Source: an uncultured Candidatus Saccharibacteria bacterium
Lineage (GTDB): Bacteria; Patescibacteriota; Doudnabacteria; UBA920; 2-01-FULL-46-14
Direction: 5' to 3'
NCBI GenBank assembly: GCA_964360335.1
Contig: CAYHVH010000003.1
Span: 1-58,217 of the forward strand
Length of the DNA: 58,217 bases
Below the pieces are notes generated by a model. The model made no database searches, was not told where the DNA came from, and saw only the letters and a program-made list of their open reading frames with translations. Numbering within the stretch: position 1 is the stretch's first letter; the number at the start of each line of letters is the position of its first letter. The translations under genes were made by a program, and so were the position numbers. Shown one piece after another: positions 42,880 through 52,548 of the stretch.

Positions 42880-45715
42880 GGCTAGAAATTTAGGGGCTTT
42901 GGACGCTTTAGCCCAGTTGCGACAGCGTTTGATAGAGCGACACCGGAGGGAAAGAGAAGTTGTGTCGCCTGCCCCGACGGCGGCTCCAGAACAACCGGCC
43001 CCAACTTTGGCCAGAGAACCGACCCCTGCACCAGCAGAGGCAGTTCTGCCAGCCGGGGCCACGAGGCCCGAGGCAGGGCCAGGACTTCCTCGCGTGGAAA
43101 GGCCTCTCGAGCCACCACCATCCCAGGCCGTAGAAGCCGTGGTAGCCCAAGAAGTGCAGGGGGTTCTTCAGGAAAAAGCCCAAGCACCGGAGCTCTCTGC
43201 GGCAGAAAGGCAGCGGCTCGAGAAGATTCTCAACAATAAAAATCTTTTAGACAAAGCGGCGGAATTTGCCTATAAAAAATTAAAGGGCGAAAAGTTCGCC
43301 GGCATTCCCTTGGATTTTGCCGTATCCTTCGCTGGCACTGCGGCAGTGAGATTGGCCACGCGCAAAATCTTGGAGAGTGCTTTTTCCATTACTGGCGGAG
43401 CAGTTACGGGGGCGATAATTGGCGCTGGTTTCAGAGGTTTTCGCGAGTGGCGCAAAGCGGTCAAAGAACAATACTCGGCTACCTCTTGGCTGAAGGATCT
43501 GGAGGGAAAGGACGGATTGGAACTGGCACAACTTCATCAAGCCGTCAGTCAGGCGATTGAGCAGAACAAGGTTAGAGGCAGCGAGGAAGAAGCCAGGGCT
43601 TTGATTTTGCGGTTGCGTGATATTGAATCAAAAATCCAGGCGCAGAAAATTGACAATTCCAAACCTTTAGAGGTGGTGACCGGCCAAGTTTTGGGCATTA
43701 GGGAACAGGCCCTGGGCATGACAGAACTTGAAGGCCGGCGCAAGGATTTATACCAAGAGATGCTCCAGACCAGAAGAAAGCAAGTCTTGTGGAAAGTTGC
43801 CAAAGGAGCAGGGAAAGGAGCGCTGATTGGGGCTGCAGGCGGGGCCCTGGCCGAGTATGCGGCAGAGCAAATCAAAGATTGGCTGGAGGAGGGAAAAGAA
43901 GCGGCGGTGGCAACACCGGAGGCAGCGGAACTTGCCCGGCAGACCAAAGAGCAGGCCCTCGCGGGGATGGCCGAGAAAGTTGAAGAGGCCGAGAAGGCGG
44001 CATTGTTGCAAGCGGTCAGAAAAGGTATTGACGACCTGCCCAATCAAATTTTCGAGATCAATGCGCAAGCCGGTGAGGGACTAACGCACATTTCCAGAAA
44101 CGCTATTCACGATTATCTCGTCCAGCTTCAACAGTTTGGAATCGAGCCGACCGCAGAAATGAAGCTTGACCAAGCTCAATTGGTTTACGCTGAAGATTGG
44201 CTGCGCCGCGAGATTGAACAAGTGGAAATAGTCCAGCCAGGCGAGGAGTTTAAAATCAAAGGGGAGCTAATCGCCAAAGCTCTTGGTAAAGCCCAATCCT
44301 TGAGTGAGCAAGAGCTTACAAATCTCAAAGAAAACTGGGTTGGCAAAATTGGCGAACGAACTTGGCAAAAAATTATGGATTATTCCCAGCCTTTTAATGA
44401 GGCCAATAATTTTTCCCAAGTCGTGCACGACAAAGCGATTGTAGCCGAGGAACAGGCCGCCGCTCAAGTCAAAAAAGCAGCCGAGGCAGTCGCAGCCGGG
44501 GCCAAAAAGCTAGCGGCGGAAAAAGCCGGTGAGGCGGTTGAGAAAGTAGGGCGCACGGCAAAAGACGAGCGCACGCTCAAATATATTCTTGGGACGGTTT
44601 TGGGCGTTGGCGCGGCTGCTGCCGCTGGCTTTACCGCTTACCGGTATCGGGAGAAAATTGCTGGCGTTTTTGGTGGAGCAACAGATGCCCTCCGCCAAAG
44701 GATTACGCAGGCGCGAGAATCCCGTCCCAGAGTCCCGGCAACACCGGAGCAAAAAGGAAAGGTGAAAGAAGGGGAGGCAGAGAAGCTTGCGGCCGATCCC
44801 ATTCTCCAGTTTGTTGAGGCACACGGTTGGAAGCCAAAGCAGGGGGATATTGAATATCAAGCAATTGTTCCGGGAGATTTAGGAAAAGATAAGGCAGGGA
44901 GCTTAAGTCTTAGCAATTATTCTGACTATCGCCGTCATCTTGAGCAGATGTCACCTTATCAGCGAGTGAAAGCTTTGCAATATAGTAATACCGGTTTGTT
45001 GGCAACAGACGGCTTTTGGAAAAAAGTGGATGGGCTTTCAGAAGAGGACCAGAAAAAATGGGAGCAGTTGAGACGACAAATTAAGTCGGGCCGGGTCGAG
45101 GATAAATATACGGGGAAGCCGGAAGTCAGACCGGTAGCTAGGGATGAAGCAGAGACCAGAAGAAACAATATGGAGCATGAATATGGTATGCAGTTCTATC
45201 CTGATTATTTTGCCGATGATGACGGAAATGATTACGCCCTTGTCCGATTAGTTGAAGTTTTGGCAAAGCTGCCAAAGGAGAGATTAAAAGCAAAAAAGTT
45301 CCAGCCAAGCTTGAATAATTCCTTAGAGGAGGATGGAATTATCAAGTTTAACCCCGACGCCAAGCCAGAAGAATTACAAGAATTTCTTACAAGGGAGGCT
45401 TTGGACAAAGCAGACAAAATCGCTGATTTGGACAGGCAAGCAGACCAAATAAAATACCAACTATACCGCACCAAGAACGTAAACAACATTGTACCCATGG
45501 TTCATGGCGAAAAGTATTTGCAAGGAGTGAGATCCCTAAAAGAGGCAGCAGAGAGTTTAGATCTTCCGCCGACTTTAGATATCTACTTATTTGATCCGGC
45601 AACGCGAGAATCTTCGGATAAATACCTGTATTTAGGTTATGATTTAAGCCCGGGAGAGATGCGCGCCGTGATTGAAAAGTATTTAACTCAACAAGCTAGC
45701 AAAGAAAACAAATAG
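42866..45715 (+). CDS. 949-aa hypothetical protein with Gly-zipper hydrophobic segments and long coiled coils
   Basis: The start overlaps the previous gene by 14 nt. Segments: ITGGAVTGAIIGAGFRGF, GAGKGALIGAAGGALAEYAA, ILGTVLGVGAAAAAGFTAY. No family recognised. Confidence 0.6.
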   Translation: MVESEARNLGALDALAQLRQRLIERHRREREVVSPAPTAAPEQPAPTLAREPTPAPAEAVLPAGATRPEAGPGLPRVERPLEPPPSQAVEAVVAQEVQGVLQEKAQAPELSAAERQRLEKILNNKNLLDKAAEFAYKKLKGEKFAGIPLDFAVSFAGTAAVRLATRKILESAFSITGGAVTGAIIGAGFRGFREWRKAVKEQYSATSWLKDLEGKDGLELAQLHQAVSQAIEQNKVRGSEEEARALILRLRDIESKIQAQKIDNSKPLEVVTGQVLGIREQALGMTELEGRRKDLYQEMLQTRRKQVLWKVAKGAGKGALIGAAGGALAEYAAEQIKDWLEEGKEAAVATPEAAELARQTKEQALAGMAEKVEEAEKAALLQAVRKGIDDLPNQIFEINAQAGEGLTHISRNAIHDYLVQLQQFGIEPTAEMKLDQAQLVYAEDWLRREIEQVEIVQPGEEFKIKGELIAKALGKAQSLSEQELTNLKENWVGKIGERTWQKIMDYSQPFNEANNFSQVVHDKAIVAEEQAAAQVKKAAEAVAAGAKKLAAEKAGEAVEKVGRTAKDERTLKYILGTVLGVGAAAAAGFTAYRYREKIAGVFGGATDALRQRITQARESRPRVPATPEQKGKVKEGEAEKLAADPILQFVEAHGWKPKQGDIEYQAIVPGDLGKDKAGSLSLSNYSDYRRHLEQMSPYQRVKALQYSNTGLLATDGFWKKVDGLSEEDQKKWEQLRRQIKSGRVEDKYTGKPEVRPVARDEAETRRNNMEHEYGMQFYPDYFADDDGNDYALVRLVEVLAKLPKERLKAKKFQPSLNNSLEEDGIIKFNPDAKPEELQEFLTREALDKADKIADLDRQADQIKYQLYRTKNVNNIVPMVHGEKYLQGVRSLKEAAESLDLPPTLDIYLFDPATRESSDKYLYLGYDLSPGEMRAVIEKYLTQQASKENK

Positions 45716-45718
45716 TTT

Positions 45719-46018
45719 ATGAACACAAACCCTCATGAATTGACCAACAAACTTTTGCAGGATTTGGGTATTGAAAAGCCGAGCCCCGAACTTGCCGAAA
45801 AAGTCGAGGAGCATTTTGCCAAAGTGATTTTGGAGGTTTTGATTCGTCGTTTTCCCGAAGGCAAGCTTGATGAGCTCAAACAAAAATTTGAAGCAGACGC
45901 ACCTGATCTGGAGGACTTTGTCGCCCGAGAAGCGGCGACCATCCCGGGCTTGGCGCAGGAGCTCGAGGAAGCGGTCTTGCGCGAGCGGGAAGTAATTCGT
46001 CACTTGCTGTACCGCTAA
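45719..46018 (+). CDS. 99-aa acidic helical hypothetical protein
   Basis: Starts 3 nt after the previous stop. All-helical, Glu/Leu-rich. Confidence 0.5.
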   Translation: MNTNPHELTNKLLQDLGIEKPSPELAEKVEEHFAKVILEVLIRRFPEGKLDELKQKFEADAPDLEDFVAREAATIPGLAQELEEAVLREREVIRHLLYR

Positions 46019-46033
46019 ATTAAAATCCTTGAT

Positions 46034-46828
46034 ATGGACTCGGTAGAGCAAAAGCCGGTTAATCCCGGCAGCCCAAGATTTTCCCGGGCCCGCCTTTTCG
46101 GCGGGATAGGAGTTTTGGTTTTGGGTATTTTGCTCGGGGGATTTTGGGGGTGGCGGGAAAAGAATCGGGAGCAGGAAGTCACCTCCCCTGCCTCAAGCGG
46201 GGTTTTGGGCGATTTGGAGGAGCGCGCCGGAGGAGCTGTCCAGGGCACTGCGGCTAGTACCGAAGAGGGTTCGGCGTTACCGCAGGGAGAGGACATTCAG
46301 GTTTCGCTCCCCCCTCAACCGCCCTCACCCCCCGTAGCACTTCCCCCTCCCTCGCCGCCGCCCAAATCCCAGCCCAGCGTGATGAAGCCAGTGAGTGTTT
46401 GCGAGCAGGCCAAAAAAGAGCTCGCGGGTGCGCAGGAGAGCATTCGCAAGGATTACGAGAGGGCGGCCGTGGCCGCCAAAACGGCCTATGATGAAGAACA
46501 ACTGTCCGTTTCGCGGCAGCTTACAGAGCTTCAAAGGCAACGCAACGAAGCGATTAACAATTATCTCACCGCGATTGCCATTACCACCTCTAAGTATAAT
46601 TCGGCTACGACCACCAGCGCTTACGAAATTTATCAGCAAGAACAGCGCCTGGCGCTGGAATCATACACTCAAGTCATTACCCGGATTAGTACTGAAGAGC
46701 TGCCGCTATTGGAACAAAAAAAGACCTCCCAAGCCGCGTACGAGGAGGTCCTTCAAGCCAGAGCGTCCAAAAAAGATCAAGATTTGGCGGCCGCCCAGGT
46801 AGTGTACGAAGCAAAGGGCTGCCGGTAA
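46034..46828 (+). CDS. 264-aa N-terminally anchored protein: TM segment, proline linker, coiled coil
   Basis: LFGGIGVLVLGILLGGFWGW TM segment, PPQPPSPPVALPPPSPPPKSQP linker, and a helical C-terminus. Confidence 0.55.
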   Translation: MDSVEQKPVNPGSPRFSRARLFGGIGVLVLGILLGGFWGWREKNREQEVTSPASSGVLGDLEERAGGAVQGTAASTEEGSALPQGEDIQVSLPPQPPSPPVALPPPSPPPKSQPSVMKPVSVCEQAKKELAGAQESIRKDYERAAVAAKTAYDEEQLSVSRQLTELQRQRNEAINNYLTAIAITTSKYNSATTTSAYEIYQQEQRLALESYTQVITRISTEELPLLEQKKTSQAAYEEVLQARASKKDQDLAAAQVVYEAKGCR

Positions 46829-49477
46829 TTATTTCTTGGCCGGTTCGCCTTCGTGGACCGTGTGAAAGACAATTTCGTTCTTCCGGGCGTCAATTTCCAA
46901 AGTTTGTCCTTTTTCCACCTCGCCCTTGATCATCAGGAGCGCCAACTTGTCCATGAGTTCTTTCTGCAGGGCCCGTTTCAGGGGCCGGGCGCCGTAGACC
47001 AGGTCAAAACCCTTTTCGGCCAGGAGTTTTTTCGCGGCCGGCTTGACCTTGAGGGTGATGCCGCGGTCCAGGAGACGCTTTTGCATGAGCGTGAGCTGTA
47101 AGTCGACGATTTTTTCGATATGCTTGTGCGAAAGCGGATGAAAGATAATGATTTCGTCAATGCGGTTTAAAAACTCCGGCCGGAAATGCTTGTTCAAGAC
47201 CTCCAGAACGTGTTCCCGCATCTCTTTTTCGGCCAAGGTCTCGGTCCCGTGATCCTGGGCAAAACCGATGGTTTGGCTGCGGATCATTTCCGAGCCGAGA
47301 TTACTCGTCATAATAACGATGGTATTTTTGAAATTGACATTTCTGCCCTTGGCGTCGGTAAGTTGTCCTTCGTCCAGGATTTGGAGGAGGATGTTGAAAA
47401 TTTCCGGGTGGGCTTTTTCGATTTCGTCGAACAGGACGACGCTGTACGGCCGGCGCCGGATGATTTCCGTCAGTTGCCCGCCCTCTTCGTAGCCGACGTA
47501 GCCGGGCGGGGAGCCGATGAATTTGGCGATGGAGTGCTTTTCGCTGTACTCGGACATGTCAATCTGCACGAGCGCTTTTTCGTCGTTAAACAGAAATTCG
47601 GCCAGGGCTTTGGCGGTTTCCGTTTTGCCCACCCCGGTGGGCCCCAAGAAAATAAACGAGCCGATGGGCCGTCGCTCTTCGGCGATTCCCGCTCGTGAGC
47701 GGCGGATGGCATTGCTGATTGCGGCAATCGCCTCGTCCTGGCCGACAATCCGTTTCCGAAGTTCCCCTTCCATCTGGGTTAGTTTCTGGGATTCCGATTC
47801 CAGCATCTTGTAGACGGGAATGCCGGTCCAGCGGGCGACCATCTGGGCGATGTCCTCTTCGGTGACTTTTTCCTTGAGAATTTTGTGTTTGCTCTGGAGT
47901 TTGATTAGCCGTTGTTCTTTGTCGGTGATTTCTTTGGTAAGTTTGGGCAACTCCCCATAGCGAATTTCCGCGACTTTGTTGAGATCCCCCTCCCGCTCGG
48001 CGGATTCGGCCTGCATTTTGAACTCGTCGATCCGGGTTTTGGCTTCCCGGATCTTGGTGATGATTTCTTTTTCCGCTTCCCACTGCAGCCGCAATGTGCG
48101 CGCTTCTTCCTGGATTTCCGCGAGTTCTTTCTCGATCTTCGGCAGAACTTCACTGCCGGCCGCCGTGTCGTCCTTCTTCAAGGCCTCGCGCTCGATTTCG
48201 AGCTTGCGGATTTTGCGCGAGAGCATGTCGAGGCCTTCGGGCATGCTGTCGATCTCCAGGCGCAGATTTGATCCGGCTTCGTCGATGAGGTCGATGGCCT
48301 TGTCCGGCAGGTAGCGGTCGGAAATGTAGCGCGACGAAAGTTCGGCCGCGGAGACCAGCGCTTCGTCCGTAATTTTTACGCCGTGATGGACTTCGTATTT
48401 CTCTTTGATCCCGCGTAACATGGCGATGGTGTCCTCCACTGCCGGCTCCGTGACCATAATCGGCTGGAAGCGCCGCTCCAGGGCGGCGTCCTTTTCAATA
48501 TATTTCTGGTACTCTTTGAGAGTGGTGGCGCCGATGGCGTGCAGGAGCCCGCGTGAGAGCATCGGTTTGAGCATGTTCGAGGCATCCAGGCCGCCCTCGG
48601 CCGCTCCCGCCCCGACGACGGTGTGCAGCTCGTCGATAAACAGGATGATTTTCCCGGCCGAGCGTTCCACTTCCCGGAGGACGCTCTTCATCCGTTGTTC
48701 AAATTCTCCCCGAAATTTCGCTCCCGCCAGGAGGGCGCCCAAGTCCAGCCCCAGGAGGAGTTTGTTCTTCAGGCTCTCCGGGACGTCCCCGGCCACGATG
48801 CGCTGGGCCAGGCCTTCGACGACGGCGGTTTTGCCTACCCCAGGCTCGCCGATCAGCACTGGATTGTTTTTGGTGCGGCGGGAGAGGACCTGCATCACCC
48901 GCCGGATTTCCTGGTCGCGCCCGATCACTGGATCGAGCTTGTTTTTACGGGCCAGGTCCGTGAGATTCAACGTGTATTTTTCCAACGCTTGATAAGTTTG
49001 TTCCGGTTCCGGGTTGGTTACCCGTTCCGCTCCCCGAATTTCTTTGAGATGGTCCAGGACTTCCGCGGTCGTCAGCCCAAATTGTTCCAGGAGGCGCTTT
49101 GTCTGGTTGCCGCGTTCCAGAATGGCCAAAAACAGATGCTCGGTGGAAACGTATTCGTCCTTGAGTTTGATGGCTTCTTTCATGGATTGGGACAGGACTT
49201 CGTTGAGACTGCGGGTCACGTAAATTTGCCCCAAGCCCGAGGGAAAAGCGGCCACCTGCGGCAGGACCTGCAAAATTTTGACGATTTGGGTTTCCAGGAG
49301 CTTACTGTCGACTTTCATCTTTTCCAAAAGCGAGCCCACTACCCCGCCTTCCTGCTGGATGAGGGACAGAAGCAGGTGAATCGTGTCCACTTGCTGGTGG
49401 TCATATTCTGAGGCAATCGTTTGCGAGGCCGCGATTGCTTCCTGCGCTTTTTGGGTGAATTTGTCGAGGGGGATCAT
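46829..49477 (-). CDS. clpB: ATP-dependent chaperone ClpB
   Basis: Clp_N repeats, two AAA+ modules ([16 protein letters not shown]) and a long middle coiled coil. The ATG at 49477 is preferred over the TTG at 49492. Confidence 0.93.
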   Translation of the reverse strand: MIPLDKFTQKAQEAIAASQTIASEYDHQQVDTIHLLLSLIQQEGGVVGSLLEKMKVDSKLLETQIVKILQVLPQVAAFPSGLGQIYVTRSLNEVLSQSMKEAIKLKDEYVSTEHLFLAILERGNQTKRLLEQFGLTTAEVLDHLKEIRGAERVTNPEPEQTYQALEKYTLNLTDLARKNKLDPVIGRDQEIRRVMQVLSRRTKNNPVLIGEPGVGKTAVVEGLAQRIVAGDVPESLKNKLLLGLDLGALLAGAKFRGEFEQRMKSVLREVERSAGKIILFIDELHTVVGAGAAEGGLDASNMLKPMLSRGLLHAIGATTLKEYQKYIEKDAALERRFQPIMVTEPAVEDTIAMLRGIKEKYEVHHGVKITDEALVSAAELSSRYISDRYLPDKAIDLIDEAGSNLRLEIDSMPEGLDMLSRKIRKLEIEREALKKDDTAAGSEVLPKIEKELAEIQEEARTLRLQWEAEKEIITKIREAKTRIDEFKMQAESAEREGDLNKVAEIRYGELPKLTKEITDKEQRLIKLQSKHKILKEKVTEEDIAQMVARWTGIPVYKMLESESQKLTQMEGELRKRIVGQDEAIAAISNAIRRSRAGIAEERRPIGSFIFLGPTGVGKTETAKALAEFLFNDEKALVQIDMSEYSEKHSIAKFIGSPPGYVGYEEGGQLTEIIRRRPYSVVLFDEIEKAHPEIFNILLQILDEGQLTDAKGRNVNFKNTIVIMTSNLGSEMIRSQTIGFAQDHGTETLAEKEMREHVLEVLNKHFRPEFLNRIDEIIIFHPLSHKHIEKIVDLQLTLMQKRLLDRGITLKVKPAAKKLLAEKGFDLVYGARPLKRALQKELMDKLALLMIKGEVEKGQTLEIDARKNEIVFHTVHEGEPAKK

Positions 49478-49586
49478 ATAAAGCAAGTTCAAAAATCAAA
49501 TATCAAAATTCAAAAATTAGAATACCAATCTTTTATATTAGCACTCTAGCACACAAAGTGCTAATTTGTCAAGCTCTGGATTTTTT

Positions 49587-49623
49587 CCTCCCCAGGCGTG
49601 GGGAGGGATGAAGGGAGAGGTCG
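49587..49623. repeat. family A palindromic element (right-half copy)
   Basis: cctccccaggcgtggggagggatgaagggagaggtcg. Confidence 0.8.
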
Positions 49624-49789
49624 AATTGTGAGACATCGGCAACCTCTCTCCTGCCTCTCCCCTCGCTCACTCGGCTTCGCTCACCCTTCGGCTCCCGTTC
49701 AGGGTGACCTTGAGCAACGCCGAAATGGTCAGAGCGACCTTGAGTGGAATCGAAATGGTCGCCAGGGGAGAGAGCTTTTTTGTTGGCGG

Positions 49790-50746
49790 TTATTTATATC
49801 TAAATCTCCCGTGGTATTTTTTGTGAATCTCTTTCAAGCGGCGGTTAGTGATGTGGGTGTAAATCTGGGTCGTGGTGATGGAAGCGTGGCCCAAGATTTC
49901 CTGCACCGAACGAAGATCGGCCCCGGCGGTCAAAAGGTCGGTCGCCATGGTGTGCCGGAGGGTGTGGGGGGTGATGTGGGGAGAAACGCCGGCCCGGAGC
50001 GCGTATTTTTTCATGAGCCGCTGGATGGAGCGGGGGGTGAGGGGGTTCTGGTCCTCGATGCCGAGTTCCCGGTTGTGCCGGACGAACAGGGCGGGGGAGT
50101 TGTCGGGGCGAGCTCCCAGATATTTGCGCAAAGCGTCCCGGGCCCGCTCCGAGAGAAACACGATCCGCAATTTATCACCCTTGCCTTTGACGGGAAATTC
50201 CTCTTTTTTGAGACTGACTTGCGCGCGCTTGAGCGAAGCCAGTTCCGCGACCCGCAGCCCGGTGGAAAATAAAAGTTCGAGGATGGCGCGGTCGCGCAAG
50301 CGCAAAAGTTCATCCGGTTCCTGAAGCGGGGCTTTTAGGAGTTTTTCCAAATCATCGCTTTCCAGAAACATCACTTGGCGGGCCGGGATTTTCGGCAGTT
50401 CCAGCTTTTCCGCCGCCAAGCTTTTGATGTCCCGCTTGGCCAAGTATTTGAGAAAGGAGCGCAGGGCGATGATGTGGTAGTTTTGGGTTACGAGCTTAAG
50501 CTCGTGGTTTCTTCTATCTTTAAGACGGTTGAGCCATAGCCGAAAGTTACGCACCAGGTCCAAATCAATGCCCTCGGGCCTTTTTACGCCTTTTTTGGCG
50601 CCAAATTCCAAAAACCGCTTGAGATACGAATCATAGTTGCGCAAGGTGAGTTTGGAGCGGTTCTTCTCGATCTCGAGATGCTCGAGAAATTCAGTTTTGA
50701 GTTTGTCGAGAGTATTTACCATGTTTGTTTCCATCATTTCCGTCAT
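49790..50746 (-). CDS. tyrosine recombinase, XerC/XerD family
   Basis: N-terminal SAM-like domain, ARP..., HTLRHTMATDLL and LGHASITTTQIYTH. The ATG at 50746 lies inside a family B repeat. Confidence 0.8.
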   Translation of the reverse strand: MTEMMETNMVNTLDKLKTEFLEHLEIEKNRSKLTLRNYDSYLKRFLEFGAKKGVKRPEGIDLDLVRNFRLWLNRLKDRRNHELKLVTQNYHIIALRSFLKYLAKRDIKSLAAEKLELPKIPARQVMFLESDDLEKLLKAPLQEPDELLRLRDRAILELLFSTGLRVAELASLKRAQVSLKKEEFPVKGKGDKLRIVFLSERARDALRKYLGARPDNSPALFVRHNRELGIEDQNPLTPRSIQRLMKKYALRAGVSPHITPHTLRHTMATDLLTAGADLRSVQEILGHASITTTQIYTHITNRRLKEIHKKYHGRFRYK

Positions 50747-50776
50747 TGCGATCCCGACGTGTCGGGAGAAGCAATC
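50742..50776. repeat. family B palindromic element
   Basis: gtcattgcgatcccgacgtgtcgggagaagcaatc is the exact reverse complement of 58053-58087. Confidence 0.9.
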
Positions 50777-50825
50777 TACTCCCTCTTGCTCCCGTCATTC
50801 GATGGGACAGGTCTCCCCGAAATAC

Positions 50826-50870
50826 CCCTCCCCAGGCGTGGGGAGGGTGCCCGAAGGGCAGGAGAGGTCG
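50826..50870. repeat. family A palindromic element
   Basis: ccctccccaggcgtggggagggtgcccgaagggcaggagaggtcg. A further fragment, gagaggtcgcctggggaggg, lies at 50970-50989. Confidence 0.85.
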
Positions 50871-51033
50871 AACCGCAATGGCTCTTAAAACCTCTCTCCA
50901 GCTCTCCCCCCATTCGGCCTCCCGTTCAGGGTCTGAGACCCTTCAGGGTCGAACGACGAGCTCATGGCCGAGAGGTCGCCTGGGGAGGGTGGTAAGTAAG
51001 GAAGAAGACAATCCGGGAGACAAAGAGGGGGTA

Positions 51034-51075
51034 GATTGCTTCGTTCTCCGCCCAAGGCGGACGCCTCGCAAAGAC
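51034..51075. repeat. family B element, degenerate copy
   Basis: gattgcttcgttctccgcccaaggcggacgcctcgcaaagac. Confidence 0.6.
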
Positions 51076-51122
51076 TTTTTAGAAAGGGTCGCACAATATT
51101 AGTGTAGCAGGATTTCCCCCTT

Positions 51123-51153
51123 CCTGTCATTCCCGATCCGATCGGGAATCCAG
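51123..51153. repeat. family C palindromic element (cctgtcattcccg...cgggaatccag)
   Basis: The same termini occur, inverted, at 52549-52602. Confidence 0.75.
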
Positions 51154-51276
51154 ATATCTAAAATCAGGTCAATCTAGCGCTTGACGGAATCTTAGGTTTA
51201 TGCTAGCATTGAGTGTCCTTAGATCCGGCATGTTCGTTTGCGGTTGACCGGATCGGGAAATGAAGGAGGGATACTC

Positions 51277-52059
51277 ATGTCTCAACATGGGGATACCTTA
51301 AGTCCAAGCGGGCGCTGGATTCAGTTGCTCGCAACTGTGGTACAACAGTTTCCTCGGCACATTTCGCCGGCTCAGATGAAGTATCTGAACGGTCATCCGT
51401 CCGCGGTTGGCACGATGCTCGCCAGGGTTTTTGTGCCGATGTTCATTTCGCCGGCCGAGCAGTTCGAGCTCGTGCGGCAGCGTAACGCCAAGCGTGGCTG
51501 GGGCTTCACCGACGAGGATTTCTCCTGCCTCGGCGAACCGCCGGCCTGGCCTGACGATGACCTCTATGCTGTGGTTCTTGAGGTTTCGCTGGACTCTATC
51601 CAGCAGACTTTCGAGGAGGCCTGGCTGTGGGCGGCAGAGGCCCAACGTGACTACCGGCGACACCGGCGCTGGCCGGAGCTTTCCTCCGATGAAAGGGGCC
51701 TGCGGCTTCTCGTCGGAATCGAGCATAAACGGGGCCTACGCTGGCGGGTCGTGGACTTGGGAGCGAACTGGGACAAGAAGGACGGGATCGCTCCCCGGAA
51801 TGTGCGCGATCCCAAGAGATCGCCCCACTCCGCTATCCTCTGGGCGGCGGCTCTCTTTCCGGCTTGGGTTCGGGCCATCGACGGTGTGAATGTGCCGAAC
51901 GTCTGGATCCCCGGTTATGAGGCTTCTGTTTCCGACCACATGCCTTGGACGGAGGTGCCCCGCTTGCAGGTCAGTTTCGGCAATGGGGAGGTCAGTCTAG
52001 ATACCCACTCTCGCGGTAGCTGCTTCGGTGGCTTAGCGGTGCCGGAGTTCCGGGAGTAA
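51277..52059 (+). CDS. GC-rich 260-aa hypothetical protein
   Basis: AGGAGG lies 7 nt upstream of the ATG at 51277, and a TTGACG, 17 nt, TAGCAT promoter is near 51180. No motif recognised. Confidence 0.55.
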   Translation: MSQHGDTLSPSGRWIQLLATVVQQFPRHISPAQMKYLNGHPSAVGTMLARVFVPMFISPAEQFELVRQRNAKRGWGFTDEDFSCLGEPPAWPDDDLYAVVLEVSLDSIQQTFEEAWLWAAEAQRDYRRHRRWPELSSDERGLRLLVGIEHKRGLRWRVVDLGANWDKKDGIAPRNVRDPKRSPHSAILWAAALFPAWVRAIDGVNVPNVWIPGYEASVSDHMPWTEVPRLQVSFGNGEVSLDTHSRGSCFGGLAVPEFRE

Positions 52060-52263
52060 TATCGGGCTTCGCATCTCGGTTTTTTGGGACCTTGGATTTT
52101 CTGGACCTTCACGTCTGGAAATCCCTGGTCCCTCTTTTTTTTGCGAAAATTGCTCGAGCGAGCGAAGCCGAGTCGAGAAGTTCCCTCTGATACTTTTGAC
52201 TCCGCTCAGGAGGTAAATTTCCGGCCGTTTGCGGTTTTTTTTTGCCCGTGTTAAACTTTAGCC

Positions 52264-52530
52264 ATGCTAGGCAAGAAGGAAAAGGACAACTTAATTAAAA
52301 AATTCCAGACGCACAAAGGGGATACCGGCAGCCCGGAGGTCCAGATTGCGATTTTGACGGAAGAAGTTGAGCAGGTGGCTAAGCATTTAAAGACGCATAA
52401 AAAGGACAATCACTCCCGGCGCGGGCTTCTCAAGATGGTGGGGAACCGGCGTCGGCTTCTGCGTTACCTGGCCGAGGAAGATGTGAAGCGTTACGAAAAA
52501 ATTCTGGAAAAGTTGAAGCTGAAGAAGTAG
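52264..52530 (+). CDS. rpsO: 30S ribosomal protein S15
   Basis: [17 protein letters not shown]...[26 protein letters not shown]. Confidence 0.92.
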   Translation: MLGKKEKDNLIKKFQTHKGDTGSPEVQIAILTEEVEQVAKHLKTHKKDNHSRRGLLKMVGNRRRLLRYLAEEDVKRYEKILEKLKLKK

Positions 52531-52548
52531 TTCTTTAATTAATAAAAA

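Noticed and set aside
47186-49411. Several plus-strand ORFs of 112-262 aa
   Set aside because: All lie antisense within clpB. They have repetitive, biased composition.
49598-51130. ORFs of 81-224 aa across the xer flanks (for example 49598-50272 plus strand, and 50637-51102 in all three plus frames)
   Set aside because: They either run antisense to the recombinase gene or are read-through of palindromic repeats (peptides such as PSPGVGRVPEGQERS). The repeats are open in several frames at once.
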